This document shows, one piece after another, positions 1 to 10,570 of a DNA stretch of 64,000 bases. The notes under the pieces are model-generated. The model saw nothing but the letters and a program-made list of their open reading frames with translations. It did not search any database and was not told the origin of the DNA. A program made the translations under genes and the position numbers. The stretch spans positions 51,299 through 115,298 of the forward strand of contig CAYHHA010000001.1 in NCBI GenBank assembly GCA_964356315.1, read 5' to 3'. The DNA comes from an uncultured Gammaproteobacteria bacterium. Lineage in GTDB: Bacteria; Patescibacteriota; Microgenomatia; UBA10105; UBA927. Position 1 is the first letter of the stretch. Every line of letters begins with the position of its first letter.

Positions 1-575
1 ATAATACCAACTTCCAACAGTTCTTTTTAGGTTTTGGTCTTATTCACTATAGCTATGTTAGAAACATTAAACCCGCTCATATATTATGCGTCGGTTCACG
101 CATGGGGTATATACCAGCGATTCTTGCGCTGGCATGCAAAGATAACGGAACAGGCCATGTGGATTTTGTTGACGCCGGATATGATCGTGACAATATAAAA
201 AATAACTGGAGTGGCACTGGGTTTTGGAAAAAAAACGACCCTAACAAACATTTTTCGAAATTACGAATTTCTAATTACATTACCACCCATGTGATGACAA
301 CACAGGAATATGCCGATACATATCCTAAACGCACCTATGAGTATATTTATATAGATGGTGATCATTCTTACAAAGGAGTCTCACTGGACTATTCCTTGTT
401 TTGGCCAATGCTGTCTAACAAAGGGTTTATGGTATTTCACGACGTGCATGTTAAATGGACAAAAAATCTTGGGAGATTTGGAGTATGGAGGCTTTGGAGA
501 GAGTTAAAAAATAAAAATAAAATAATTTTTCCTTTCCCTGAAGATTCAGGGCTTGGCATTTTGCAAAAAATATAA
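1..575 (+). CDS. Class I SAM-dependent methyltransferase (TylF/Methyltransf_24-like), 5' end probably outside window
   Basis: Frame is open from window start to the ATG at 102 with no in-frame start. The upstream translation ...KPAHILCVGSRMGYIPAIL resembles motif I (xLExGxxxG) of TylF-type O-methyltransferases, and a downstream DGDHSY / FHDV acidic motif is present. Confidence 0.45.
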   Translation, partial: NTNFQQFFLGFGLIHYSYVRNIKPAHILCVGSRMGYIPAILALACKDNGTGHVDFVDAGYDRDNIKNNWSGTGFWKKNDPNKHFSKLRISNYITTHVMTTQEYADTYPKRTYEYIYIDGDHSYKGVSLDYSLFWPMLSNKGFMVFHDVHVKWTKNLGRFGVWRLWRELKNKNKIIFPFPEDSGLGILQKI

Positions 576-598
576 CACCTATCTTAACCCAATATTCT

Positions 599-1768
599 TC
601 ATATGAGAACTGGCTCTCGGCTATCCACATGTTTGACAATTGATTCAAATTTTCTATCCCAACTCTGTTTTTTGGCATAGATTTTCATTTCCATTCTTTG
701 CCTCTTAGATAGAGAGGTGTTGAGTAGGCGTCGAATGCTCAGATTCCAATCCAAAGAGGTATCACAAAGGGAAATATATTTTGATAGAAATCTAAATTCT
801 TCAATAGGAGTTGAAATAATAGGCTTCCCAAAATACATATATTCCATTACCTTCATTGGGTAACTTAAACGATTAAATTCTAAAGAAATATCATATGGAA
901 TCATGCAGATAGTAAATTTTGAGATATACGACGGGAGACAAGATCTAGACACGTACGGTATATACTGGACATTTGGCAAAGCTAATACGGCAGAGATTTT
1001 AGGCAGTACTTCGTTTTGAAATATCGCAGTGGCCTCTCTCTGTTGAATTTGACCAACAAAGACAAATCTGACCTGCGAGTTACTTTTTATGACAGTAGTT
1101 AATAACTCGAAATCTAATCTTGAGTTAATTCCTCCTATATATCCAATTATTTTTTTAGACCTTTTGGGGATAGCGGGTTGCACGCTTCGACACACAGAAA
1201 AGGCCTTCACATCAAACCCTAGAGGCACGATGGTCACATCGTTTCGAATATTTTTATATATGCAGTACAGTGAATGAGAATTAACGACTATTGTGTTGCA
1301 CCTTTTCAGCAAGGCACCTTCTCTATTGCTTGTTTCCTTATCCCTGTGATGGTCTACACAATCATAAACAAGATGAAATGCTGAATCAAATGATAGCGCA
1401 GTGACAGTTTGCTCTGGATTGAATATCCATACATACTTTCCGGATACTTTTTTCATCATAGATTGAAATATGCTGAGGAAAATGCGAAGTAGAAATATAT
1501 TTAGTAAAATATTTATCTTTCGGACGAATCGAAATCTAATAAACGGGATAAATGCAAAAGGGGTAATTACGACATGGCGACTGCTTATCCTTTGAATGAA
1601 ACGATAAGACTGGCCAAGAAAAATAAGCTCTTTTAGCGAGCGCGTATCTTTCAGGAGGACATCTATAACATAATTATTTTTTTTAAAATAGTTACTCGTT
1701 TGAGTACAGTAATCAGAGGTATGCTCAATAGGGTGATCATACAGTATAATGACGAGTGCGTCTTTCAT
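599..1768 (-). CDS. Glycosyltransferase family 4 (GT-B, GT1-type)
   Basis: C-terminal E-x7-E-like motif EFNRLSYPMKVMEYMYFGKPII; GGINSRLDFELL nucleotide-sugar binding region; sits in a glycan gene cluster. Confidence 0.7.
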   Translation of the reverse strand: MKDALVIILYDHPIEHTSDYCTQTSNYFKKNNYVIDVLLKDTRSLKELIFLGQSYRFIQRISSRHVVITPFAFIPFIRFRFVRKINILLNIFLLRIFLSIFQSMMKKVSGKYVWIFNPEQTVTALSFDSAFHLVYDCVDHHRDKETSNREGALLKRCNTIVVNSHSLYCIYKNIRNDVTIVPLGFDVKAFSVCRSVQPAIPKRSKKIIGYIGGINSRLDFELLTTVIKSNSQVRFVFVGQIQQREATAIFQNEVLPKISAVLALPNVQYIPYVSRSCLPSYISKFTICMIPYDISLEFNRLSYPMKVMEYMYFGKPIISTPIEEFRFLSKYISLCDTSLDWNLSIRRLLNTSLSKRQRMEMKIYAKKQSWDRKFESIVKHVDSREPVLI

Positions 1769-3235
1769 TTTATGAATCGATTATATACATTTAGCAGGGA
1801 AATAGGTACCGCTATATCAGCGTGGACTATAGGGAAAAAACTATTTTTTTGGTCACTCTTGTATCTTTGTGCGATATTATACATCCCCAACAACAAGGCG
1901 CTCCTGCTGTCTGCGATCGCATTTCTATTCGGACTGATATATATATTTAAAAATATAAAATCTGCGCTATTGTACTCTGCGATTTTTCTTCTACCACTAC
2001 AGAGCGGTAAAGGTATAAACTTTGTTGTAATTACTCCTGAGCATGGATTCGAAAAACTTCCGTTTGTTATGACGGTCAACATGACTTTGACAGGATTCCT
2101 GGCCATGACGCTAATGTATCTATCAATTCGAGATTATATATATAATTTTCGTTATGTCGTTATTTCTAAATATGCACTTCATATCAACGACGTATGTATG
2201 GCAGTATTTTTTTTAGCGAACATCGTATCTAGCATTATTTCTCCAATTCCTTCTTTATCGTTTTTGTTGACATTACAGTTCACACAATACCTATATATTT
2301 ATTACTACATAAAGCAAAACCGACTACAAGAGTGGGTGGCTCATATCATGCTACCGATGTTATCCTCATTGGCATTATTTGAGGGATTCGTTAGCGTGCT
2401 TCAGGTCTTAAACAAAGGTCCTTTAGGGAAATTGTTTGAGAATTCTAGTGACCCATCACTATCAGGAGGTTTTATACATAGAACTGTGGAAGATACGTCA
2501 ATTGTCCGCATACAGGGGACATTTACCCATCCAAATTCTTTAGGATTTTTTATAGCACTCATAGCTCCAGTTCTTTTTTACTACTCTGTATCAAAAAATA
2601 TTTCAAAATTCGAGAGAATTATTTCATCTGTTGCATTCGTGGCATCCATAACTGCGTTGGTTTTAACGGCGAGCAGGCTTTCTTGGCTCGTTACGTTTGT
2701 AGAAATTCTCTATATTTTTTTCAAGCTAAAGGAAAAAACAGCACTTCCAATGCTGTATAAAGGGTTTGGAATTATACTCCTATTGGTAATGCCTTTTGTC
2801 GTCATACCGAGGCTATCACAATTAGTTATCACTCTTGGGTCGAAAGGTGGAGTATTTTTTAGATGGAATTTACTCTTAATCAGCCAACAGATTGCATCAG
2901 AAAATCCTTTTGGCATAGGCCTCGGCACATTTCCATTAATACAACTTGAAAGAATAGGAGAATTTACATCTTCGCCAACCCAACCTCATAATATTCTTGC
3001 CCAAATTCTAGTATCCTCCGGGTATATAGGATTATTTTCGTTTTTATTATTTTTCTACTTCAAAAGAAACGTCTTTATTCAGTATATGAGGTTAGTAAAA
3101 GAACAAATATTTACGCAACGCTCTATCTTTTTTATCCCCTTTGTGGCATTTGTGATCATCTCTCAATTTTACCCGATTCTTACAGAACAACAGATAATAG
3201 GATGGCTTTGGATCTTTTTATCTATCATTGCCTAA
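1700..3235 (+). CDS. O-antigen ligase / Wzy-like polytopic membrane protein (true start possibly at M25, nt 1772)
   Basis: About 10-12 predicted TM helices; Wzy_C-like loop with ...LTASRLSWLVTFVEI...; context next to glycosyltransferases. Confidence 0.5.
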   Translation: MSTVIRGMLNRVIIQYNDECVFHFMNRLYTFSREIGTAISAWTIGKKLFFWSLLYLCAILYIPNNKALLLSAIAFLFGLIYIFKNIKSALLYSAIFLLPLQSGKGINFVVITPEHGFEKLPFVMTVNMTLTGFLAMTLMYLSIRDYIYNFRYVVISKYALHINDVCMAVFFLANIVSSIISPIPSLSFLLTLQFTQYLYIYYYIKQNRLQEWVAHIMLPMLSSLALFEGFVSVLQVLNKGPLGKLFENSSDPSLSGGFIHRTVEDTSIVRIQGTFTHPNSLGFFIALIAPVLFYYSVSKNISKFERIISSVAFVASITALVLTASRLSWLVTFVEILYIFFKLKEKTALPMLYKGFGIILLLVMPFVVIPRLSQLVITLGSKGGVFFRWNLLLISQQIASENPFGIGLGTFPLIQLERIGEFTSSPTQPHNILAQILVSSGYIGLFSFLLFFYFKRNVFIQYMRLVKEQIFTQRSIFFIPFVAFVIISQFYPILTEQQIIGWLWIFLSIIA

Positions 3236-4113
3236 AACCTAATTTCGAGTATAATTACATCGTGCCTATACTCATTGCGAAAATATATATTTTCATAAAG
3301 AAACTGAGACCTCTTGATTGGTTTTTTACCATACTATCGGTGGGCATAATAGGCTTTTTAATCGTAACTTCATTGAACCAAGACCGATGGATTGCTGTAG
3401 AATTTGTAATATTAAACTCTACGAATTACCTCCCCAACGATAGAGGAGAAGGCGTGCCTGCATGGGTAGTAGAAAATCTAAAACCAGGAGATGTCCAATA
3501 TGATGATTTTGGTAAAAAAAACCTCGAAATACTTCGCGTAAAAAAATGGGGCTATCAGAATAAAGAAACCTGGGTGACAGCCTCAGTAAGAGCGAAATAT
3601 AAGAGCAAACAGAATAAATATACGTTTATGTATCAACCTTTAGAGGTGGGCAGATCAATAAATATTACGGTAAATGGATCAAACATTAACGGAATTGTCT
3701 CTACTATCCATGGATTTTCCGACAAAAGAACGACTTATGACATCACGGTAAAAGCCAGGCTTATAGAATTGTATACTAGCTATTCAGTAAGCACGATGGG
3801 AATAGACCCATGGGTCGCGCAAGCAGTTAAGAAGGATGAAAAATTTGAAGATCCCGCAGGGAAAGTTCTAGCAAAAATTATTGATGTAGAAACGAGACCT
3901 GCAGAGAGAGTGGTGACGACCAGTGATGGAAAAACCTTTATCACCGATGACCCTATAAAAAAGGATGTTTTTATCACAGTTCAACTAAATGTCATCAAGC
4001 GGGGGGGCACGTATATGTTTCTTGAAAACAAACCCGTACTCATTGGAAAGCCAATTCCTCTTTTTTTCGATAATTTATATATAGAGCCGGTAATTACAGA
4101 TATTTTATATTAA
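3202..4113 (+). CDS. Hypothetical membrane-anchored protein (N-terminal TM, extracytoplasmic beta-rich domain)
   Basis: Single N-terminal hydrophobic segment FFTILSVGIIGFLIVTSL; no recognisable catalytic motif; start codon uncertain. Confidence 0.3.
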   Translation: MALDLFIYHCLKPNFEYNYIVPILIAKIYIFIKKLRPLDWFFTILSVGIIGFLIVTSLNQDRWIAVEFVILNSTNYLPNDRGEGVPAWVVENLKPGDVQYDDFGKKNLEILRVKKWGYQNKETWVTASVRAKYKSKQNKYTFMYQPLEVGRSINITVNGSNINGIVSTIHGFSDKRTTYDITVKARLIELYTSYSVSTMGIDPWVAQAVKKDEKFEDPAGKVLAKIIDVETRPAERVVTTSDGKTFITDDPIKKDVFITVQLNVIKRGGTYMFLENKPVLIGKPIPLFFDNLYIEPVITDILY

Positions 4114-4140
4114 TTATCGGATTATTTATATTTTGCGTAT

Positions 4141-7100
4141 ATGTTTCGATCTCATTCTAGCCTCAGGAATATAAAAATTTTAACGATCGTAGTTTTTTGT
4201 TCTGTTTTATTAGCATTTTTTTTAGTAAATACTCAATCGCATTTTTTTGATAATCTTGGCGGATGGCAATTCTCTTTGAGAGAGCCAAGTGTAGAGCAGA
4301 TGGCGAATTCTGGGGTTCGACCAGTATTTTCTGTTCATGAATCTTTTTTATATTTTAATGGCCTAGACGGAAAGACCTACTCTATAAACCCAAAAATAGG
4401 CAGATTGAATTGGATAAATGAAGAGCTAAATTTAATATTTTCAAGCCAAAATAATCTAGTTTTTAGCACAAATAACGACACAAACATATATGCTCTTAAC
4501 ACCAGAACGGGTGAGGAGATTTGGAGATACACAACGCCAGACAGAGTAAAAATCGATACGATTCCTGTTTTGACAGGTAGGGACATATTATTTGGGGGGA
4601 GAGATGGCGTGCTATATGCCATAAGCAAAGAGGATGGAAAATTTCGCTGGTCTTTCAAAACAAAATCTATAGATAAATCCTATCACAAGGGAGGGGAAAC
4701 CATTTTACATTTTGGAAAATTTACAACAGATAAAACGACGCTATATTTAAACAGCGCAACTGAAAATAAACTATTTGCAATAAATTTAGAATCAGGGAAA
4801 AAACTATGGCAGAGAGATCTAGAAAATTATTACTTTACTGAACCAACACTTTTTGACTCAAGCGTATCTTTCTGGGATTCTCCCAATAGCTATAAAATTG
4901 TAAATAAGACATCAGGCGAATTATTGATCGATATTAAGACTGAAAAAAAATCACTCTATGAAGGAAAATCTTGTATATACATAATTGCGATAGATAATAG
5001 CATCGAATGCACTGATCCCAATCTGGGGAAACCTTTATGGAAATTATCCGAACCATATGACCGGGCGACAAACATCCAGGAGACAAGCGAACATCGTACG
5101 CATATTACCTATCCAAACGTCAGCTCTACCATCGTGGAAACTGTAGACAACCGAAATGGAAAAGTGGCATGGTCGTACTCGTTTTCAAATTTTGAAACAT
5201 TCAAATTTCGCTCCACAAACTCGAATGTTATTCTGATTGGACAGAAAATTCAATGCGCATTTTCAATGCTAGGGGAATTACAATGGTGCACAAATAAAAC
5301 GCTAGATTTAATCGATTCACTCATATCGACAGATGGTGTCTATATACTTTCAAAAAAAGAAGACAATATTGTAATTGATTACATCGACATAAATAGTGGG
5401 AAAACCAAGTGGGTGTTTAGATCTAAAGATATAAATCCGGATACTTTTTACCTATTCCGGAACGATCTCTACTTTTTAGGCAAGAATGGTTTCAGCGTTG
5501 CGAAGCTAAACTCGGATTTTAGAAATATTGCATTATCAGGGTCAAATCTCAAAAAAATTGGTGGCATAGATATACCACTGTCTAATTGGGTTAAATTTCT
5601 AAAACGATTAGGGAAATTTGAAAAAGAGGTAATAACCATAGATGATCCTCAAAAATTTGTGCAAAAATTCGAGACATTTGAATTGACAATTCACTCTAAC
5701 ATACCAACGTTAGAAAAATTACAATCAAATAGAATACACGTTATCAAAATGACTTCTCCCAGTGGAGCAGAGTATACCCTTAAAGGATTCTACTATGACC
5801 TAAAAACATGGAAATTCCGCTTTACACCTGGAACGATAGGGCTATGGAAATGGTCATTAGAAACGAAAGCGAAAATAAAAGATGGCAACAAGGAAGGAGC
5901 ATTTATCGTAGGAGAGTCAGATAGTAAAGGATTCATATCACTATCCAAAATAAACCCAAAGTATCTAGCGCAGTCGAATGGAAATATTTTTTTACCGATA
6001 GGAATTCAAAATTGTGTAAACGACCTACATCAAGATGGAAACCCTCTAAACTCCTGGCCCCTCGACGATGAAGCGATAGGATCCAAGGTCGCAACGGGAT
6101 ATAAAACAACAACCATGGAAGATTATGTTACCACGTACGCGGAAAGCGGATTTAACACATATAGATGGGGAGCAGGAAACTGCAGCTTCATGCTATGGAA
6201 CTTTGACCGCACGAGGCTAGGCCCCCTTGTGAACGAAGGGATCTTATTGGATACCATTTTTGCAACATTAAAAAAAAATCGCTTTCATGTTTGGATGAGT
6301 CTGCTTAGCTTTGAATTGCCATACGAAGCCACTCTTCCGTTCGCTGATCAAAAGGCTATTTTAGAAAAATATTTAGATTATATCGTCTCACGATATGCGT
6401 CATATGTTGACGTTTGGGAGCTCGCGAATGAAATCAAGCTGAGCGATCCTATTATTCAATTTATGGCAAGCCATATCAGATCAATAGATCCATACAAGCA
6501 CCCAATTACTACAAGCTGGGAGAGAACTGATCTACAAGACATAGAAATTATTTCATATCACTGGTATAGCGGGGAGTGCAATAAATACTGCGATCAAGAT
6601 CTTATCAGAGAGGTAAATAAGTTCGAAAAATTTAACAAGCCGACGGTATTCACAGAGCAGGGGAATAATTATGCAAATTGGGATGATGCATCTCCTGATC
6701 GTTTTAGAATACGACTTTGGTTAAGCTTTTTCAAACAAATATCGTTTATCTCATGGAACATGCCGAACGTCTATTTTGAAAATGACACCGGCCCTTCCAA
6801 TTTATACATTGGCCCCGTAGAGCGATCGTATGCATTAATATTTTCTAAATTTGTAAAAGATGTCAGTGATAATAACGACATTCAGAAAATTCCTATTACC
6901 TCAACAGAAAAACAACAAAGAACATTTGCTGTATCATCCGGTAACAATATATACGGATATGTGTACTCAACAATTTTCAATGTCGAAAAATCTCTTGCCA
7001 AGATCTCTCTGGTAATGGACAATGACGGCACCATACAGTGGGTAAACCCATCGAGCGGTGAGGTGTTAAAACAACAATATGTTTCAAAAGGTCAAACTGA

Positions 7101-7164
7101 TATTATTGGACCAATGTTTACCACAGACATCGCTTTTAAATTTTCCAAGCAATCTGGAATTTGA
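4141..7164 (+). CDS. Secreted 1007-aa protein: PQQ-like beta-propeller repeats fused to a putative TIM-barrel glycoside-hydrolase-like C-terminal domain
   Basis: N-terminal signal/TM (ILTIVVFCSVLLAFFLV). Repeated IYALNTRTGEEIWRY / VLYAISKEDGKFRWSF / LFAINLESGKKLWQRD motifs typical of PQQ/BamB-like propellers. C-terminal WELANE and HWY motifs reminiscent of GH5-like clan GH-A hydrolases. Confidence 0.45.
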   Translation: MFRSHSSLRNIKILTIVVFCSVLLAFFLVNTQSHFFDNLGGWQFSLREPSVEQMANSGVRPVFSVHESFLYFNGLDGKTYSINPKIGRLNWINEELNLIFSSQNNLVFSTNNDTNIYALNTRTGEEIWRYTTPDRVKIDTIPVLTGRDILFGGRDGVLYAISKEDGKFRWSFKTKSIDKSYHKGGETILHFGKFTTDKTTLYLNSATENKLFAINLESGKKLWQRDLENYYFTEPTLFDSSVSFWDSPNSYKIVNKTSGELLIDIKTEKKSLYEGKSCIYIIAIDNSIECTDPNLGKPLWKLSEPYDRATNIQETSEHRTHITYPNVSSTIVETVDNRNGKVAWSYSFSNFETFKFRSTNSNVILIGQKIQCAFSMLGELQWCTNKTLDLIDSLISTDGVYILSKKEDNIVIDYIDINSGKTKWVFRSKDINPDTFYLFRNDLYFLGKNGFSVAKLNSDFRNIALSGSNLKKIGGIDIPLSNWVKFLKRLGKFEKEVITIDDPQKFVQKFETFELTIHSNIPTLEKLQSNRIHVIKMTSPSGAEYTLKGFYYDLKTWKFRFTPGTIGLWKWSLETKAKIKDGNKEGAFIVGESDSKGFISLSKINPKYLAQSNGNIFLPIGIQNCVNDLHQDGNPLNSWPLDDEAIGSKVATGYKTTTMEDYVTTYAESGFNTYRWGAGNCSFMLWNFDRTRLGPLVNEGILLDTIFATLKKNRFHVWMSLLSFELPYEATLPFADQKAILEKYLDYIVSRYASYVDVWELANEIKLSDPIIQFMASHIRSIDPYKHPITTSWERTDLQDIEIISYHWYSGECNKYCDQDLIREVNKFEKFNKPTVFTEQGNNYANWDDASPDRFRIRLWLSFFKQISFISWNMPNVYFENDTGPSNLYIGPVERSYALIFSKFVKDVSDNNDIQKIPITSTEKQQRTFAVSSGNNIYGYVYSTIFNVEKSLAKISLVMDNDGTIQWVNPSSGEVLKQQYVSKGQTDIIGPMFTTDIAFKFSKQSGI

Positions 7165-7199
7165 AATACCACAAGGCCACAGCATTCACCTGTTTAATA

Positions 7200-7925
7200 T
7201 TACTGGAGACTATGCATTGTTAAACGATAGGATACTATTTTTATGAAAATATATCCAATTAAATATAGTCCTTTGCAAAGACTTATGGATGAATGCCCGT
7301 ATTTTCGAATGCCCATGGGAATAGAAATCTCAGCAATAGAAAACTTTTTTTTCTGCAAATTCAAAATAATTTCTGGCTCTGGGAATATCTTCGGATAATT
7401 CATACATAGGTATTCCAGACCAACTCTATTGATCGCCCGAAATCCCGAAGTAGAATCAAAGATTTTGATACCGAGAAATTTTCTGAATATCATTGATATG
7501 ATTTGGGTAGCGAATGCTCGGATCTTTTGCGTACTCTGTGGAGTATCCAGATAATATCGACTGGCAATCACATAGTCAACGTTATCATGGAGACGGGATA
7601 ATAATTTTGGTATATACACGGGATCATGTTGCCCGTCAGCATCCATAATGACCACCGCATCAGCATGTTTTTGTAAAGAATACTGGAGGCCCTTTTTCAC
7701 CGCACTCCCTGTACCCTCGTTATGCGAAGACTGTATGATCACAGCCCCAGAACGCCTCGCTAAGACTGCTGTATCATCCTGAGAGCCATCATCTACAACA
7801 ACACACGTATCTATCCGACGGAGAGAGAGCGCGGACTTTACGATAGCTCCTATCGAAGGCGCCTCATTGTAAGCCGGTATAACAACAAATACTTTTTTAC
7901 ATGTGCTAGATTTTGTATTATTCAT
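7200..7925 (-). CDS. Glycosyltransferase family 2, Dpm1/ArnC-like (polyprenyl-phosphate sugar synthase type)
   Basis: VVIPAYNEAPSIGAIV...VVDDGSQDDT...IMDADGQHDP: canonical GT2 DxD/DAD motifs. Start codon overlaps the stop of the GT-C gene upstream (ATGA at 7918-7925). Confidence 0.75.
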   Translation of the reverse strand: MNNTKSSTCKKVFVVIPAYNEAPSIGAIVKSALSLRRIDTCVVVDDGSQDDTAVLARRSGAVIIQSSHNEGTGSAVKKGLQYSLQKHADAVVIMDADGQHDPVYIPKLLSRLHDNVDYVIASRYYLDTPQSTQKIRAFATQIISMIFRKFLGIKIFDSTSGFRAINRVGLEYLCMNYPKIFPEPEIILNLQKKKFSIAEISIPMGIRKYGHSSISLCKGLYLIGYIFIKIVSYRLTMHSLQ

Positions 7926-9411
7926 GAAACGTAATTGCGCACGATTCGCGACTTGAATTATGGGCGAATTTATATATATCTGCGTGTCTCTTGTCCAGGC
8001 GAATACTCTTTACGAGAATCAAATTTGACATTAAATCTTTAGATTTTTGCAAAGCCTGGAAATAACCTAACCCATTAAGATGATCAAAATATCCGCCCTG
8101 CCCATCAGTCTGGTTATCGAATACCACATAGATATCTGTCCCCTGGGAACAGAAGTCTTGTGACCAAGTTGATAGTTTGGTGGTATCGATGACACGCACC
8201 AGGGGATTTTTAATATAGTATTGATATACATAATATTCAAATGAATAAACCACGATTTTTCTATGTATGTTTGCATTAAGCCATTCGGAAGCAAATCGTC
8301 TTTCCGCCCTGTCCCATCTCTGGTCATTTGTGAACATAGGACCATTTATCAATGAAAAAAATAGTATCAATGAACTTAAAACGGTCATCACAACTGCAAT
8401 GCAGACTTTCTGATATATAGATCGCTTATTTCGCAAGAGAGCAATCGGCCAGCAAAGCAAAATATATACAAAAGGAAGCAGTGGATAGCTATATCGAATA
8501 ACAGGGTCAGGGAAAATGAAGTGGATTACTGTATACCCCACAACAAACCCGCACATTAGTAGCGTGCTCATTTGATCTCGTCGATAAAAATATATTGCGC
8601 CAAATAGTAGCCATGTTAGGACTAACATAAGAACGATTGATTCATATGGGAACGAATCAAACTGCTTAGTAAAAAGCAACAAGTTATAAGAAAATGGCGC
8701 TCGAATGAATGAATTTTTCAGGAAAGCCATATTTGGAATTTCTGCAGAGCGATTCACCATTTCTTCAACATAGTTATCGCGAGGGACAACTGGTCGGATG
8801 TACCAAATAACAACCACGGCAAACAGAGCGATAATAATCTTGGGACAACGAAATTTTCTAAAATAAAAAATATCCAGAATAAAAAAAAGCGGGAAAAGAA
8901 CTATTGCCTCAATGCGTGTTAGCATTGCGAGAATTACCAAAAGGTACGCCGTGGATGGGGCTATGGGATACTGATACATTGCAACAAAGACAAACAGCAA
9001 TGCCAAGGGAATGTTTGATGGTTGCAACACCACAGAAAGTGTGACGTGGTTGATGGCAAAAAAAACGACTGGGAGAAGCGCGTAGGCACCTAACCATCGG
9101 CGGGACAATATCCAGGCAAAATATAGCGTTAGTATGAGAAAAATGATATTTATCGATATCCCTCCGAAAACACCAGGTGATGACATTGGCAACACAATCT
9201 CCAACATATAAACAATAACAGAGTAAAGAGGGGCGCTTGTTATAACGGGGTCTATAGGATTCGCCAACATTCGTTGACCTACATTTAAATAGTTTAGGAA
9301 ATCAGAATTTGGAACGATATAGGTATTCATTTGAGTACTTATCCATATAAATACTCCAATGAGAAATATTGATAAGAAAATATTTGTGCGATTAAAAGAA
9401 TACTTTTTCAT
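7918..9411 (-). CDS. GT-C family polytopic membrane glycosyltransferase (ArnT/PMT-like, GT39/83-type)
   Basis: 497 aa with more than 10 TM helices; translationally coupled to the downstream Dpm1-like GT2. This pairing is the classic lipid-sugar donor synthase plus GT-C transferase arrangement. Confidence 0.5.
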   Translation of the reverse strand: MKKYSFNRTNIFLSIFLIGVFIWISTQMNTYIVPNSDFLNYLNVGQRMLANPIDPVITSAPLYSVIVYMLEIVLPMSSPGVFGGISINIIFLILTLYFAWILSRRWLGAYALLPVVFFAINHVTLSVVLQPSNIPLALLFVFVAMYQYPIAPSTAYLLVILAMLTRIEAIVLFPLFFILDIFYFRKFRCPKIIIALFAVVVIWYIRPVVPRDNYVEEMVNRSAEIPNMAFLKNSFIRAPFSYNLLLFTKQFDSFPYESIVLMLVLTWLLFGAIYFYRRDQMSTLLMCGFVVGYTVIHFIFPDPVIRYSYPLLPFVYILLCWPIALLRNKRSIYQKVCIAVVMTVLSSLILFFSLINGPMFTNDQRWDRAERRFASEWLNANIHRKIVVYSFEYYVYQYYIKNPLVRVIDTTKLSTWSQDFCSQGTDIYVVFDNQTDGQGGYFDHLNGLGYFQALQKSKDLMSNLILVKSIRLDKRHADIYKFAHNSSRESCAITFHE

Positions 9412-9475
9412 GCGTTATACGTCAGATGAGTATAAAAATTATACTCCTATTTGGCAGTATTTTTGCCGAAAGAAT

Positions 9476-10570
9476 TTATGATAGTATCGTGTGTATAAAC
9501 TCCCTTTGGGATCGGTGAGAAAATTTACTGCCTACAAATTCTTGAGCTTGTTTTCCCATGTGCTCTCGCAGCTTTCTATCTTTTAATAGCTTACGGGTAA
9601 AAAAGACTAACTCTTTGTAGGTATCTGATATGTATCCCGTTTTTCCATGCCTAATGACCTCATGCGAACCGTTAAACCCTAACACAACAGAGGGGACTTG
9701 CAACATCGCTGCCTCCAATACTACATTTGGCATCCCTTCGCTCAAAGAGGGGAGTAGTAGTAATTTAGATCGTCTCATAAAAGTCGGCGCATTAGGGGTA
9801 AAACGCATAATTTGCATATTTTTTTGTATCCCTAGGTGTATAATTCGTTTTTGTAATTCGATTAGAAGATCTCCTGATCCAATCAGAACACCTCGCAAAC
9901 TTGGAATAGTGAGAGAGATTTCTTTTATCAAATCGCAAATAATTAATACGTTTTTTTCTTTATCAAATCTTCCAATGTATGCGATATCGTATAGCGGGCG
10001 TGGTCGATATGTACTCCTTTTTATTAATGTCCAATTTGAAATGACTTCAATATGATCCGCCCGTATGGAGAATGAGGAAATCAAGTCCTCTTTACCTGCG
10101 AGGGTAGGGACGATAATAACATCGGCATGATTGTAGGTCATAGAGACAAGCCCATGAACCCACTCTAATCTATTTGTCACCAGATACTCGCTTAAAATCA
10201 CGCCTTCGTTAATTATGAGTTTCGTTTTGGTCCAAAATGCAAGTTTTTTTATCGTACACATCGCTACCCCTAGCAACGGGAGAAAGGTCAGGCATGAATT
10301 TGGCCGAATTTGTATATATCGCCAAAAAATCCAGAAAAAAAATCCGGCAATCGGTCGAACACGCATGTTGTTATACGGGTATGTCTCGATTATTAATCGG
10401 TCTGTGCTTGGAAATTGCTCTTGGAAACTTTCATCAAGAGCCCTTCGCGTGAGAATAATCACATTCCAGCCTTTTCGTTGAGATACTATTGTGATAACTA
10501 AATCACGAATTCGTTTTTGAATACCTCCGATCCCGAGGTTCCAATATATTATGACGAGAGTTTTATTCAT
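9476..10570 (-). CDS. Glycosyltransferase family 4
   Basis: EGMPNVVLEAAMLQVPSVV E-x7-E motif; GRFDKEKN. Confidence 0.7.
   Translation of the reverse strand: MNKTLVIIYWNLGIGGIQKRIRDLVITIVSQRKGWNVIILTRRALDESFQEQFPSTDRLIIETYPYNNMRVRPIAGFFFWIFWRYIQIRPNSCLTFLPLLGVAMCTIKKLAFWTKTKLIINEGVILSEYLVTNRLEWVHGLVSMTYNHADVIIVPTLAGKEDLISSFSIRADHIEVISNWTLIKRSTYRPRPLYDIAYIGRFDKEKNVLIICDLIKEISLTIPSLRGVLIGSGDLLIELQKRIIHLGIQKNMQIMRFTPNAPTFMRRSKLLLLPSLSEGMPNVVLEAAMLQVPSVVLGFNGSHEVIRHGKTGYISDTYKELVFFTRKLLKDRKLREHMGKQAQEFVGSKFSHRSQREFIHTILS

Noticed and set aside
8067-8345. Numerous 60-150-aa ORFs on the strand opposite long genes (e.g. 8067..8345, 20063..20284, 23135..23503, 40113..40340, 40127..40642, 45975..46421, 46704..47066, 53422..53811)
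   Set aside because: Fully overlapped by well-supported genes with motif evidence; typical shadow ORFs.
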